64,000 nt of DNA from Heteronotia binoei (taxonomy: Eukaryota), in the NCBI RefSeq assembly GCF_032191835.1, contig NC_083242.1, positions 38,688,001 to 38,752,000 of the forward strand, given 5' to 3'. Under the pieces are notes generated by a model. It worked only from the letters and a program-made list of their open reading frames with translations, was not told where the DNA came from and did no database searches. This document shows positions 12,303 to 25,319 of this stretch, piece by piece; position 1 is the stretch's first letter, and every line of letters begins with the position of its first letter. The position numbers and the translations under genes are program-made.

Positions 12303-14107
12303 ATGCCGCTGCACCAGGTGCCTCCGCGGCTGTGGAAGGCGGCACAGCTGCAGCGGGGCATCTATGCCCGCCTGCCCGAGCACTATCTGCGGGCGCTCCG
12401 AGAGGACGAGAAAGCGCCGCCGCCGGCCGTGCACTGGAGGCCGCAGGAGCGCCCGCGGGAGCTCGACCCCGCCACCGGCCGCCGCCGCCGCGTGCAGGAC
12501 GTCCCGCTGCCCATCTACTACCCGCCAGCCAGCCAGGAGGGCCTCTGGGGCGGAGAGGGGTGGGTCTCCGGCTTCCGCTACGCCAACGACAACAAGGTCG
12601 GCCTCGGGCGGGTGGGCGGGCGCTTCCCTTCCCTTGCATGCCCCGCACTCCCTGGCCTGACTCGCCCCTCCTCCCTCCCTCCCTAGCACAGCTCTCACCC
12701 CGGGTGAAGAAGGTGTGGAAGCCGCAGCTCTTCTTCCGCCAGCTCTACAGCGAGATCCTGGACAGGCGGCTCACCATCACGGTCACCATGCGGACCCTGG
12801 ACCTCATTGATGCCGCCTTCGGTTTCGACTTCTACATTTTGAAGGTCAGTGGCCCGAGTGGAAGAGGACCTCTGCCCTGCTCCCTGCCCAGGGACTTGCT
12901 GAATGGCAGCTTCTTTCTCTCACTCCGCAGACGCCCAAGGCAGAGCTCTGCTCCAAACTGGGCATGGATCTGAAGCGCACCATGCTGCTGAGGCTCGCTC
13001 GCCGCGATCCTGCTCTTCACCCCAACGACCCTGCAAAGAGAGAGGCGATTTATGAGAAATACAAGGTGGGTGGGAGCCTTGCCTGGAGGTAATGGGCCAG
13101 TTTCAGCTGTTCCTTTGCTGTTTCCCTTCCCCGCATCCAGCACTCTTGCCTTATTGTTGGTGGAGCAAGCATGGGTGTTTGCATGAGGAGGTATCACGGC
13201 ATGCTCACCCTGAGCAGGTTTTGCAGTGCTGGTGGGGGCTGCTGCACATGGGTGCAAAAGATCTTTGAGGCAACTGACATATTTGTTGGTTGGGGCTAGT
13301 CTTAGTCTTCTGCTGCTGAAACTTCTCCTCTTCCTCCAAACTGTGCTGCCAGAAACTGCATGGCTCAAGGAAGAAAACAGAGCCAGCAGCAGCAGGCTGT
13401 TCTGAATTGACGTTGCACACTTGCCGGGCTTCCATCAGCTCACCTCACCCCGCTTCAGCTGTAGGCCTGTGCTCTTGTGCCTCTTTACAAGCTGAGCTGT
13501 TTTGTTTTTTTTAAACTTCTCTGGGTTTGCAACTGGTTGTGGCTTTAAGTGGCCAACTTGAGTTTTAGGAGATGAGGTGGTATGCCACTCTTTCAAGTAA
13601 CTAGCACAGCACCAGGAGTTTTTTCGCTTCCTCCTGGATGCTGCAATTGTGTTTCTTGCTTTACACACAGGAGTTTGTCATCCCAGTGGAGGAGGCAGAA
13701 TGGGTTGGGCTGAGTTTGGAAGAAGCAGTAGAAAAGCAGCGGCTCCGAGAGAAGAAGGTGCGTCTGAGCTGGGGCATCTCACCGAGGGGGGGGGGGGAAG
13801 GGGGCTGTGTGTCATTCAGATGTCCCCTTCCCTTTTGGGGTGTTAATGGCCAGCTTCTCCCAAGTGGGAGGAAGAGGCCACTCCTTGCCTCTGTAACGCC
13901 AGTCAGTTGCCCCAGGGCTGTGCAGAAAAGCCTCTCTTGGGTCCAGCTAGCCCTTCTGCTGTGGCACTTTGAGATACTCATTCTCTCCCATGCTCTGTGT
14001 GTATCTGGCAGGACGCGGTTCCCCTCTTCAGAGTCTACATAGAAGAACTGGTGCAGCAGCTCCAGGAGCAGAAACTATCTGAATCGGCCAAAGAGCAAAG
14101 GAACTGA
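12303..14107 (+). CDS. MRPL28: Mitochondrial ribosomal protein L28 (bL28m)
   Basis: Exons 12303-12596, 12692-12844, 12931-13065, 13671-13757 and 14012-14107 are all phase 0. Translation [61 protein letters not shown] at 14312. Confidence 0.96.
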
Positions 14108-17100
14108 CAAAGAGCAGGCTGGGGTGGGGCGGGCAACTCTTTGCGTTTCTGTTAGCCTGTGAGGTGGGATATCTTGAGGGGGCTGACTCGTGTGCAGAAG
14201 AGGAGGGTCAGTGTGAGGAGTGGGGGCATCTGCAGGGAGTGTCCTCGGGAAGGGCTGGGCGCTCGTCACCTGTGTTCTCCTTCTCCACTAAGGAAGCTGT
14301 GGCAGAGCCTCAATAAAGCGAAGGATGCCTTCCCACCATGACTGGATGGCTTTTTTGAACGTGGCTCTGGAGAGGCTGGACCCCCCCCCCCCCCCACCGC
14401 TGCCCCATGGGCCACTAGTCTTCCCATCAGCCTCCAGGCTCGGCAAGGTGTTTGTGTGGATGACTGCCAGGTACCTAGAGGAGGTGCCAGGAGGACAGTG
14501 GCTGGGGGTGGTGGTGGTTTCTGCTTTGTTTGGGACAACGTTCAGAGTGAATTGGCAGTTTGTGTTGAATGAAGGAAAGAACCTGATTTTTCCTCTTAAG
14601 ATTACAACATTAAGAAGTTAAGAATGTAGAAGGAAACAAGAAAAGAATTGTGGAAGCTACTCAGTTGTTTGCTTCCTGGCCTAGAGGGTCTCTGCTTGCC
14701 ATTTGGGGGCTGCTGAGGGAGGTCTGGCAGGCAGTGCCCGCCTCTCCCAGGCCTTAGCCAGAAATAAGCCAAGGCGGCAGCTGCCTAATGTTGCCTCTGG
14801 CCAGCATCTCTTCAATGACCTGAGATTTGAGCAGGAAAGACTGCAGCAGAAACTGACCTCTTCCTGAAGAGGGAAGGTGCTTGGAGGCCCCTGGCAGCGC
14901 TCCTGAGGCTGCACACAGGAATTCTTGCAAGGAGCTTGAAGGTGTCTTAGCATATCGTCGGGACAAACTTTAAAAACCACCGAAGGGGGCTGGGGGAGTT
15001 GAGGTATCTCTTCTGTAAAGGCTGAGATTGTATGAAGCTGTGAGGGAGTAATTCTCTGGTCTTGTTGTCATTCTATGCCCCCCCCCCCATCCAGAAGAGG
15101 GCTATGTGGGGGGGGGGGAGCTCCCAAGCAGGGTTTGACACAGTGGGGGGCAGCCTGTTTCTCTGAAGACCTCCAGCCACTGGATGTCAGTCAGTGTAGG
15201 GATGGGCTGACACCCTTGATGAGAGAGACAGCTCACCCATAAAAGTCACCCACGTTGGTCACCATGGTGGCATCTTGGTGCAATGAGTTTCAAGTGAAGA
15301 AAGGCCGCTGTTTGCATAGTCTCCTGTGAGTAGCCTTCACACGATGAGCAAAGCAACTTTACGTTGTGTTCTTTGACTGGCCTTTTATGTATTCCTGAAG
15401 ACGTGGACTGTTCCTTCATCATAAAGAAATCTCCCATTTATCTCCAACCCTCGTATCTTTTCTGTGGCTGTGCTGTTTCTTGGGGGGCAGGCAAGCAGAA
15501 TTGTGTCCAGTGGTGCTGGGGCTTGCCACCCAGACAATCCATCCCAGCAACCCTGTGGCTCCCCTGTCCGCTCACTGTGCTGCCTCAGCCTGGCTTCTTT
15601 TCGTCTTGCGAGGGTTTCTTGTTCCACAGCTGTCATGGTGGGACTCAGGCAGGAGCTGCCGCACTAGGCCTTTGCTGCCCCCCCCCCACCCCGCTGTGTG
15701 TGTGCCTTGCCTGGTGCAGCCGCCCATGTGACCGGTGCGGGGGAGGGGGCATGGCCTGAGCTGGCAGGCTGGAGCCCGGGAAGGGTCCCTTGCAGGGTGG
15801 GTGGACTGGTTGCAAGGGAGGCCCAGCCCGGGCAGCTCTGGTGGGTGTGCTTGTCTTGCTGGCAGCTGGGCTGATGCCGTTCAGGCTCTGGGGCTCTCCA
15901 GCATGTGCGGGTTGCTTCCCTTTCTTGCTGCTGGTGTTGTGGGGAAAAGGCTGCTTTGCAGGACCAGCAAGAGGGGCCGGTGGGAGGGATTCTTGCCCAT
16001 CAGGCTTGGTTCTGCTTGCAGGGTGGTCAGGCGGGCCTTTGGGGAAAGTTCTGCTCGTGCATGAAGAATGCCCTGTGACCAGGCCACACTGCAGCCAGGA
16101 GCGGAAGCTGCCCAAATGGGGAAAGGGAGGCGGTGTTTGGCAGCCACCTTGCGGAAAGAGTTCGCTGCCAGTTCGTGCTGCCTGCCCCCTCCCCTCCCGG
16201 AAAGAAGGCTCCAAGCAGTTCCGGGTGGGATGTGAGAAGGATGCGAGAGGGGCCACTTTCTCCAGCAATTCTAAGTAAGGCAGTGGTGCCTACAGGGGCC
16301 GGTTGCCATAGCGACGGTAGGATTTGAAGGACCATCATTTGGTCCTCGTCTCAGCCAATCAGCTGGAGGAGCCAAAGCTGCAGCACAAAGTCAAGATTGC
16401 CATCTCCCCACCGGGCGGCTGCTGCCACGAAGGGGAAAGTGCTCTCGATAGCCTCTGTCATGGCGGACAGCAGAAACCCCGGCCAGAGGGCAGCACAGCG
16501 CAGTTGGCAGGTGAGACAATGGACGGCAGCACGTAGCGCTCTTGGTCGTCTTCTCCTTTGGCCTTGGCTCCCTCCGGCTCCCACCCTGGCCTGTTGCCAG
16601 ACACGCCCCCCCCCCCCCCCAGCGCAGACAAAGGAAGGGGACCGGAGCTGCTCTCCCCAACTTGCCTTTGTGGGCCTTTCAGATCCCATTTGGCAACGCA
16701 AGCCCATGAAAGGCCCCCAGCTGGGCTCCCGCAGGGAGAGGACCGTGCCCCCTCCCGGCTGCCCAGAGGCCCCACCCCCTGCAGGGCCACTGTCTGCCGC
16801 AAAAGCATTTGAGCTCATAAAAGGCATTTGTCAGGGAAAGGAGGAGAGAATGCAGTGCCCACGTTTCCCCCACCGCCTCCATGGCTGGTTATGCCGATGG
16901 GCCTTGTGGAGATCGAAGCCTAGCGAGTGGGGCAAAGTTGCACGTGTGCCCCTGGGGGAGGGGGGGGAGCACCAGAACCATAGAATGTGCGCAGTCAGAG
17001 GGGGAGGGAAGAGCTCTTAGCTGTCCTCCTTGTTTGTGATGCTGTGGCGCTAGGAGATGACCCACCTCTTCATTGGTCGTCGCAGGAGTGCTGCCTCTAG

Positions 17101-18204
17101 AGAGGGGCAGAGACAAACTTCTCTCGTCTGATGGGAGGAGGGAAAGTTCCTGAGCTTTGCCGTGAATTTGTCCAGGGCCAGCTTCTTGTCAAGGAGGCTG
17201 TGTCTGCGGTGCAAGTAGCCCAGAAGCTTGGCCTGACCTCAGAGCTTCTTTCCTTTGCTGCCCAGCTGACTTTGAGTGGTGATCTTCCTTCCCGGAGGTC
17301 CTGAAGCCCTTTGCTCCAAGAGTTTGGGGAGAGGGGCACAAGTGTCTCCGCCTCATTCCGTCCTCCTGCGTCTCCTGTGCTGGGAATGGTTCCTACCAAG
17401 ACCCAGGAGGGAGAGGAAGGAGGAGCAGGCCAGACGCTGCTGTCCTCTCAGCCAGCAGAGTCCCAGCCGGGTCAGTTTCAAAGGCCCTGGGAGGGCAAGG
17501 GTTGCATTATGAGGTCAATCTTGAGAAGAAAATCTTTTAATCCACTGCAGCTAATCCAGTTGGCTTTTGTTGGCCGTGACATATTCAGCCCCAACAAAAG
17601 GCGCTGCTTGGTGTCCAGCAATGTGCATTGCGCAGTCCTACCTTCCTCACTTGGAGTCTGGCCGCCAGACTGAAGAGGCGCTCCCTCTGCCAGACTTTGT
17701 GTCAGGCAGTCCTTCGTTTCAAAGAGTCTGGCTGCCGTGTGCTAACCCTGACCTGCCTGGGAGAAAGACGACAGAAGAAGCCACCTTCCAGGCAGAATTC
17801 CTCCACCTTGAGGGGCTTGGCCCACAAGCAAGATGATGCGAGCGGAGCCTTCCTGGTGCCAAGAGTGCCTGTTCCACTTCATGGCTGCAGGGGGCACCCT
17901 GGCTTTCCCCGTGGCCCGGCTGCCCCTTCCCCATAGTTGGAAAGATGAGGTGGTTTCCTGCTGTGCTCTAGGAGTTACACCCCTGGCCAATGAAAATGCA
18001 CTGAGAGCCAAGAGGTTTCTGGGGAACCTCTGGCGCTCTTCCGTGGGCTCAGACGGCAGAATTTGACCTCTCTTCTGGGGCTCTGGCTGTAGTCCTACAA
18101 AGGATAGGTTCTGTGCAGACTGCCTTTGGGGTGGCCAGGTCTGTTTCGCTGGGATGCAGAATTCATCTGTCAGGATTGGGTCTCTCGGTCTGTGTAGCCA
18201 TAGG

Positions 18205-18870
18205 AACATAAGAGAAGCTGTGCTGGATCGAGCCAATGACCCATCCGTTCCAACACTCTGGGTCACACAGTGGCAAAAAACCCCAGGTCCATCAGTTGGG
18301 CCAGGACACTAGAAGCCCCCCCAAGCACCAAGGATACAGAGCATCACTGCCCCAGACACAAGAACATAAGAGAAGCCATGTTGGATGTGGCCAATGGCCC
18401 ATCCAGTCCAGCACTCTGTGTCACACAGTGGCCAAAAAAACAGGCGCCGTCAGGAGGTCCACCAAGGGGCCAGGACACTAGAAGCCCCCCCAAGCACCAA
18501 GGATACAGAGCATCACTGCCCCAGACATAAGAACATAAGAGAAGCCATGCTGGATGTGGCCAATGGCCCATCCAGTCCAGCACTCTGTGTCACACAGTGG
18601 CCAAAAAAAACAGGTGCCATCAGGAGGTCCACCAGGGGGCCAGGACACTAGAAGCCCCCCCAAGCACCAAGGATACAGAGCATCACTGCCCCAGACATAA
18701 GAACATAAGAGAAGCCATGCTGGATGTGGCCAATGGCCCATCCAGTCCAGCACTCTGTGTCACACAGTGGCCAAAAAAAAACAGGTGCCATCAGGAGGTC
18801 CACCAGGGGGCCAGGACACTAGAAGCCCCCCCAAGCACCAAGGATACAGAGCATCACTGCCCCAGGCAGA
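18205..18870 (-). repeat. About 4 tandem copies of a ~170-bp CR1 3' UTR/terminus unit
   Basis: cataagaacataagagaagccatg..gcatcactgccccag recurs at about 170-bp spacing (repeated ORFs end at 18583 and 18753). Confidence 0.88.
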
Positions 18871-19145
18871 GAGTTTCATCAGTGCCCTGTGGCTAACAGC
18901 CACTGATGGACCTCTGCTCCAGATGTTTATCCAATCTCCTCTTGAAGCTGGCCATGCTTGTAGCTGCCACCACCTCTTATGGCAGTGAATTCCACGTGTT
19001 AATCATCCTTTGGGTGAAGAAGGACTTCCTTGTATCCATTCTAACCCGACTGCTCAGCAATTTCATTGAGTGCCCACGAGTATTGTGAGAAAGGGAGAAA
19101 AGTCCTTCTTTCTCTACCTTCTCTATCCCATGCATAATCTTGTAA
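18871..19145 (-). mobile_element. CR1 ORF2 C-terminal fragment contiguous with the 170-bp array
   Basis: Translates KIMHGIEKVEKEGLFSLSHNTRGH..NTWNSLP. Confidence 0.8.
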
Positions 19146-19824
19146 GTCCTGTTGGTTCCCCACCACAAGCAAGGTCGTTTGTATCTGCCTTTGCCTTTTC
19201 ATGCTGAATCTGGCTTATTTTGGACAGAGCTTCCAATGCCCCAGCATTTCCATGGCATCACATTGAGCAGTTTGAAAACCCAGGGTTGAAGACATAACTT
19301 AACCCAGGGCAGCTGTGAGAAATTTGTGTTCCCTTTTTGAAAGTGGCAGAGAACTGCCTCTGGCAACACGAGCCGAATCCTTAGTTTAAGCTGCCTGGAT
19401 CAGGTGGGGCAAAAGGATTCTGGGCTGCCTTTCCTGCTGGTAGCTGGAGGAGTCCCTGCCCCTGGGCCAGCCAGACATTTCCGCTTCCTGCTGCAGACTC
19501 TGCTGGCCTTTTTTGTTGGATCCCTTGGTCCTTTTGGTCTGCCCGGGGCCAGCCCTCTGCTGGGCAGTAACACCACAACGCCGGGGCAGAACAAACACAC
19601 GGGACTTGGAAGCTCCTTTTTTGTCGCCCCTCTGTATCGCATTGATGGGCCTTGACTGTGCAGAGCTCCGCCAACAACTTCTTGGCCTAATGTTTAGGGA
19701 CACCCCCCCCTCCCTGGGGGAGGAGTCCCCCTTGGAGCTTGCAGTGCTGTGCTGGCACCCTCCCACGCTCCACTGGGGCAGCAGCTTCACTGCCAGTGCT
19801 CTGGCCATGTTCCTCATCCTCTTG

Positions 19825-20400
19825 GAGGAGTGACAAGTGGAGTGCCTCAAGGATCTGTTCTGGGACTGTTTTGGTCAACATCATCAATGATTTGGATGGT
19901 GCAGAATTGTTTTCTGTGGCCCCAGAATGTCGGACCAGAACCAACGGTGTGAAATTAAATCAAAAGAGTTTGCAATGCAACATTAGGAAGAACTTCCTGA
20001 CCATTAGAGCAGTTCCTCAGTGGAACAGGCTTCCTCCTTGGGAGGTGGTGAGTGGGCTCTCCTTCCTTGGGAGGTTTTTAAGCAGAGGCTGGATGGCCAC
20101 CTGACAGCAACGCTGGTTCTGTGAACTTAGGAAGATCATGAGAAGGAGGGCAGGAAGGGCTGCATCAGTGCTTGGTTCATGTGGCCCTTTCTGACACACC
20201 CTGGGAAATGCTGGGGGCCACTTTGCGGTCAGGCAGCTGTTTTTCTCCAGGCCAGTTTGGCCAGAGATCCTGGAGGGTTTTGCCATCTTCCAGGCATGGA
20301 GCCTGCAGGGGCCACTGGGGACTTATGTGTGTGTGTGGAGGGAAGGTGTTTGTGAATTTCCTGTGTAGTGTAGGGGGTTGGACTAGATGACCCTGGAGGC
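19825..20400 (+). mobile_element. Internally deleted CR1 fragment
   Basis: GVTSGVPQGSVLG is joined to IRKNFLTIRAVPQWNRLP and 3' UTR. Confidence 0.7.
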
Positions 20401-22134
20401 CAGTTCCAGCTCTGATTCTATAATGTCTGAGCCCGTTTTGGAGGCTCTCCCTTCCTGGATTGCATCTGCCTGCTCTCTGGAGCACCAAGCAGCAGCAGGG
20501 CAGCCAGAGGGCTCTGTGGAGAGGGCTGAGCCTGCCTTCCTGCAGGGCACTCCAGGTGGAAGCTCTTGGCTCTCCTGCAGCAGTGCAAAAGAGCCTTGGG
20601 CCCTGCCAGGAGCTGTCCTGGGTCCTGACCTGACAGTCAGAGCAGCCCTTCCATCCCCCTGCTGGGGCCGCTGCACACCACAGTCCTTGGGCATCCACGA
20701 GACCACGCCCATCAGGGGCAGTCCATGCAATCTGCTGCTTCCTCAGACTCAGCAGGAGCACATGGTGAGAGCAAGTGTGGGGTAGCCGTCAGAGTGTCAG
20801 ACTAGGAATTGGGAGAGCCCGGTACAAATCCTCCCTCTGCCATGGCAGCTTGCTGGGTGACCCTGGGCCAGTCATGCTCTCTCAGCCTATCCTGCCTCAC
20901 AGGGTTGTTGTGGAGGTAAAAGGCAGGCAAGGAGAAGGAAGCCAGCCCTGCTGGGGGAGAAAGGGGGGGCATAAACAAAGCCCAGAAATGCTCCTGCCAA
21001 TGCTGCTCCTCTGGGTCTTCCTGTGGATTTGCCACCTGAGACCAGCATTCTCTCTCTCCCCCATGGCTGTGCCCACGTCCATGCCACCCAAGCAGAGCTG
21101 CAGCAACACAACCTCCAGTCTCCAAGCAGGCTCTCCAATGAGGGATGCATCTGCTTATCCCCCTAGCAAGTCACCCGGAGGACAGCTGCTCTGGGGCTGA
21201 ACAGACCCCTCCAGGGAATGACCTGGTGTTTGGGGCTGGCTGCTCTGAAGCCCTCCCTCCCTCCCTCGGCTTCTAACCCTGTGGAAACTCACAAAGGACA
21301 CTGGGCTAAGGCTGGCTTTGGCAGCACCTCCAACCAAGTGTGTGGCTCACCTGCACAGGAGAAGTGCACGTTCCTCTTTACCTGCCTTCAGTTCCAGCAT
21401 TGTGGAACTCTCTTTGGAGAAGCGTGGAAGTTCCGACACTCTGCCTATTCAGATGAAAAGTCTGCCCCACCCTCTGCCCTCCCCCTGAGGTTCGTGAAAT
21501 GACCAGGCTGGGAGGACCAGGTCTCTTCACATCGTGCTCCACTTTTCAGCCTTCTGCCTGCAGAAGCCCAAGAGACTGCAGTGGTTGGGGGGCGGGGGGC
21601 CCAGTGTCTCGCACTGAGGATGAAGAACCAACCAGAAGCTGAGTCCAGGTAAGACAGAAGAGATGTTGGTCAGAGTGCTTTTTGCACCTGCTTCTGGCCA
21701 GGAAAAATGATGTTTTTGGAGACAGCTGGTCTGAGCTGCTTGTAGTAGAGTGATTTGTGTGGGGCTGCCCCAGAAAGGACCTAGAGGGTGCAGCTGGTCC
21801 ATCTATCAGCAAACTGCCCACATGACTGTCATTCTGCAGCAGGGCTGCTGCCCTCCCCACAGGAGCGCAAGGCGATATTGTCCCGGCAAGCCTCTCCTTA
21901 GCTGCTTTGAATGGTATTTGATCATGTGACTGGTGTTTCATCTGCCAAGATTCTGATCAAGTTTAATTAATTTGTGTTGCAAACCACTTGGAGTAGCTGG
22001 GGAAAGCGGCACAGAAATAACAATAAATAAAAACCCAAAACGTCACAAATCACCGACCAGAAGCCCCAGATGAGGTCAAGGATGTGGCATTAGAAATAGG
22101 AAGTTCTGTGTTCAAATCCTGCTCCTAAAAGAGC

Positions 22135-22385
22135 CAGTTTGGTGGTGTGGTTAAGTGTGTGGACTTTTATCTGGAAGAACCAAGTCTGATTCCCCACTCC
22201 TCCTCCACATCCACCTGCTGGAGTGACCTTGAGTCAGGAACAAGTTCTCGTAGAGCTGTTCCTCTGAAGTTTCTGTCAGAGCTCTCTCAGTTCCACCTGC
22301 CTCACAGGGTGCCTGTTGTCTGTAAGTCCAACTGAGACTCCTTTGGGTAATGAAGGGCCGGGTATAAATCTAATCTCTTCTTCTG
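22135..22385 (+). mobile_element. tRNA-derived SINE (same family as 9682-9965 and the 79-bp array at 61.9-63.6 kb)
   Basis: gtggttaagtgtgtggac..aagtctgattccccactcc..cctcacagggtgcctgttg..gggccgggtataaatc. Confidence 0.7.
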
Positions 22386-23504
22386 TTTCTACTCAGCACT
22401 CTTCCTTCCTTCACGCCTCCAAACCCAGGCATAGTTGATAAGGCTGGATAGACTTCAGCGTGCGCATGTACAGTTGCTACCAGTTTTGCACACGGGGAAA
22501 TGGAGAGGCGGTTGGGGAAGCCAATTCAACTGGGCTGCCCTTCTTGGTGGTTGGTGAAGACCCTCCTTGCAGACCTGTGCAGGATTCTTTGCCCTGCCTT
22601 TGCTGGAGTTGCAGCTGTTGGTCTTTGTACCCAGAAGTGTGTGGCAAACGGTGGGGACGCAAATGTTATGGGACTGTGTTCCAGTGGCTGTTGCCTGCTT
22701 GGGCGGTTGTGGTCACCCGAGGCACGTGCTGCTTCTTCTCTGTAACCACAGTCTGCTTGTGCATTGGCAGTTCCATAGGGTGAGGGCTTCGTGATGCTGC
22801 TCCAAGTCATGCGTCTGGACGGGATGAGCAGCTGTCGTACCCTTCTTGAGTTCATACATGCTTGTTCAGATTGCCCATCTGGCTAATCACCGAATTCTGT
22901 TGCAGGGGTGAGCTTGTTTCCTCCTTTGTAGTACAATCCCCAAGATCCACCAGTGTGTTTTAACTTAACCAAGCCAGGGTTTGTAGGTGGGATCTACACC
23001 ATAACTCATGTGCGTCACAGATTCCTGGGGCTGTGCTCTTGCCTGCGCAGCATCTGGCTGTGGGTATGCTAATTTTAGCATCCTGATGGCAAAGTCAGCC
23101 CCTGGGAACAGGCTGGTTGTCCACCAAGCCCGTGATTCCCAACCCCAAAGCGGGTTGCAGTGCCTGTGAAGACGGGCTCGGCCTTCTGCACTTGCAAGGA
23201 TTTATGCAGGCTGCTTTTAAAAGTAGGCCTGCGTACCAAGTCAGTTTGGACTTGTGGGTCCAAGGAGCTGGGACCCGCAGCGTCAGGCTGCCCTCTCTCC
23301 CCCTTGGTGTTTGCTTGTCAGTCCCAAGCACAGCACTGTGGCCAGTGTGTCCATCTCGTGGGCTGGTGTATTTTGACTGCCCTTTCCCCACACACTTGTG
23401 ACCTTGCATGGCTTTTCACTAACCAGGCCACATAGAATGCGCAGTATATTGTTCTATATTGTGCAACCCCCTGCACAATGCAAGAAACTCACAAACACTT
23501 TTCC

Positions 23505-24327
23505 AAATTCACAGGATCCTCATTGCTGTCAGATGGCCATCTAGTCTCTGTTTAAAAACCTCCAAGGAAGGAGAGCCCACCACCTCCCAAGGAAGCCTGT
23601 TCCACTGAGGAATTGCTCTAAACTCACCAATCCCTCCCCCTAAATTCACAGGATCCACATTGCTGTCTGATGGCCATCTAGCCTCTGTTTCAAAACCTCC
23701 AAGGAAGGAGAGCCCACCACCTCCCAAGAAAGCCTGTCCCACTGAGGAATTGCTCTAATGGTCAGGAAGTTCTTCCTAATGTTAAGCTGGAAACTCTTTT
23801 GATTTAATTTCAACCCATTGGTTCTGGTCCTACCTTCCGGGGCAACAGAAAACAATTCCATACCATCCTCTCTAGGACGCCCCTTCAAGTACTCAGCCTC
23901 CTCCTCTTCAGGCTAAACAGGCCCAGCTCCTTCAACCTTTCCTCATAGGACTTGGTCTCCAGACCCCTCACCATCTTTGTTGCCCTCCTCTGGACCTGTT
24001 CCAGCTTGTCTATATCCTTCTTAAAATGTGGTGCCCAAAACTGAACACAGTACTCCAGGTGAGGTCTTACCAGAGCACAGTAAAGTGATACCATCACATC
24101 ATGTGATCTGGACACTATACTTCTGTTGATACAGCCCCAAATTGCCTTTGCCTTTTTAGCCACCGCATCACACTGTTGACTCATGTTCAGCGTATGATCC
24201 ACTAAGACCCCTAGACCCTTTTTGCACATACTACTGCTAAGACAAGTCTCCCCCATCCTATAACCATGCATTGGATTTTTCCTACCTAAATGCAGAACTT
24301 GACATTTATCCCTCTTAAAATTCATTG
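23505..24327 (-). mobile_element. CR1 LINE 3' fragment with a duplicated ~137-bp terminal piece
   Basis: Translates KCQVLHLGRKN..RPHLEYCVQFW..RAIPQWDRL. The segment ttcacaggatc..attgctgtc.gatggcc occurs at about 23508 and 23645. Confidence 0.85.
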
Positions 24328-24817
24328 GTGCTGTCTGGGCCACAGCAGAGTAAAGAGCTCTCCTTCTGCTCCTCCTCCACTGCAGCTGGGATTTTAAACC
24401 AAGCCAGGAGAGGGATGGGGCTTGCTGAGGTTGGGATATGGGGCATGGCTGGGAGGCCCGTGGCCTTTCTGTCACTGCTTATTTGTAGTCCCCACTCCTT
24501 TGTGCACACAAGAGGCACTTTGTTTGGAAGGATGTTGAAGAAGACGTGCTCCACAAGTGAACTTTTCCCACTAACTGGAAGGTTTGAAAAGTCTGGCAAA
24601 GCTTAAGTTGCTGAGCCCCACCACGCAACGGTTACTACAACGGAGGAGGTCGCCTTGCAGCGCTGGGGTGCTGCGCCTGGCCCTTCAGATGGTGGTAGAT
24701 GGAGCCCTCGCTTCTTCTCTGGGAAGCTCTCTGAAACTGGATAGGGCTGCCTGTTGGGGGTCAGCAGGGGTCTGTGACGCCAGTGCAGAAACAGGTTGCC
24801 CGCAGGCCAGGGGCGGG

Positions 24818-25316
24818 TAGGCTTCCCAATCCCCAGGTCCCAGCGGGGGATCCCCGGGTTTTACAGGCTTCCCCCCTCCCCCAGCCAGTTGGCCGGCGGG
24901 GGAAGCCCCACCCCCACAGCCATTATACACCTCCATGAATGATTCCCATAGGGAATGATGGGGAATTGATCTGCGGGTATCGGGGGCTCTGGGGGGGCTG
25001 TTTTTTTGAGGTAGAGGCACCAAATTTTCAGTATAGCATCTAGTGCCTATCCCCCAAAAACCCCCCAAGTTTCAAAAGGATTGGACCAGGGGGTCCAATT
25101 CTACGAGCCCCAAAAGAAGGTGCCCCTATCTTTCATTATTTCCTATGGAAGGAAGGCATTTTAAAAGGTGTGCTGTCCCTTTAAACGTGATGGCCAGAAC
25201 TCCCTTTGGAGTTCAATTCTGCTTGTCACACCCTTGCTCCTGGCTCCACCCCCAAAGTCTCCTGGCTCCACCCCCAAAGTCCCCAGATATTTCTTGAGTT
25301 GGACTTGGCAACCCTA
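24818..25316. mobile_element. Probable non-autonomous DNA transposon (MITE) with TAGGGTTGCCA-type terminal inverted repeats
   Basis: Right end tggcaacccta (25306-25316); left end taggcttccca (24818) is the inverse with 2 mismatches. It contains an internal direct repeat cctggctccacccccaaagt. Confidence 0.5.
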
Positions 25317-25319
25317 GGG

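Noticed and set aside
14681-15460. Minus-strand ORFs downstream of MRPL28
   Set aside because: No coherent exon chain (the candidate intron is only about 38 nt) and no recognisable homology.
17628-17936. ORF segment RRSLCQTLCQAVLRFKESG faintly resembling a NAT8-type GNAT helix
   Set aside because: No RxxGxG/A acetyl-CoA motif and no matching upstream or downstream sequence; most likely chance.
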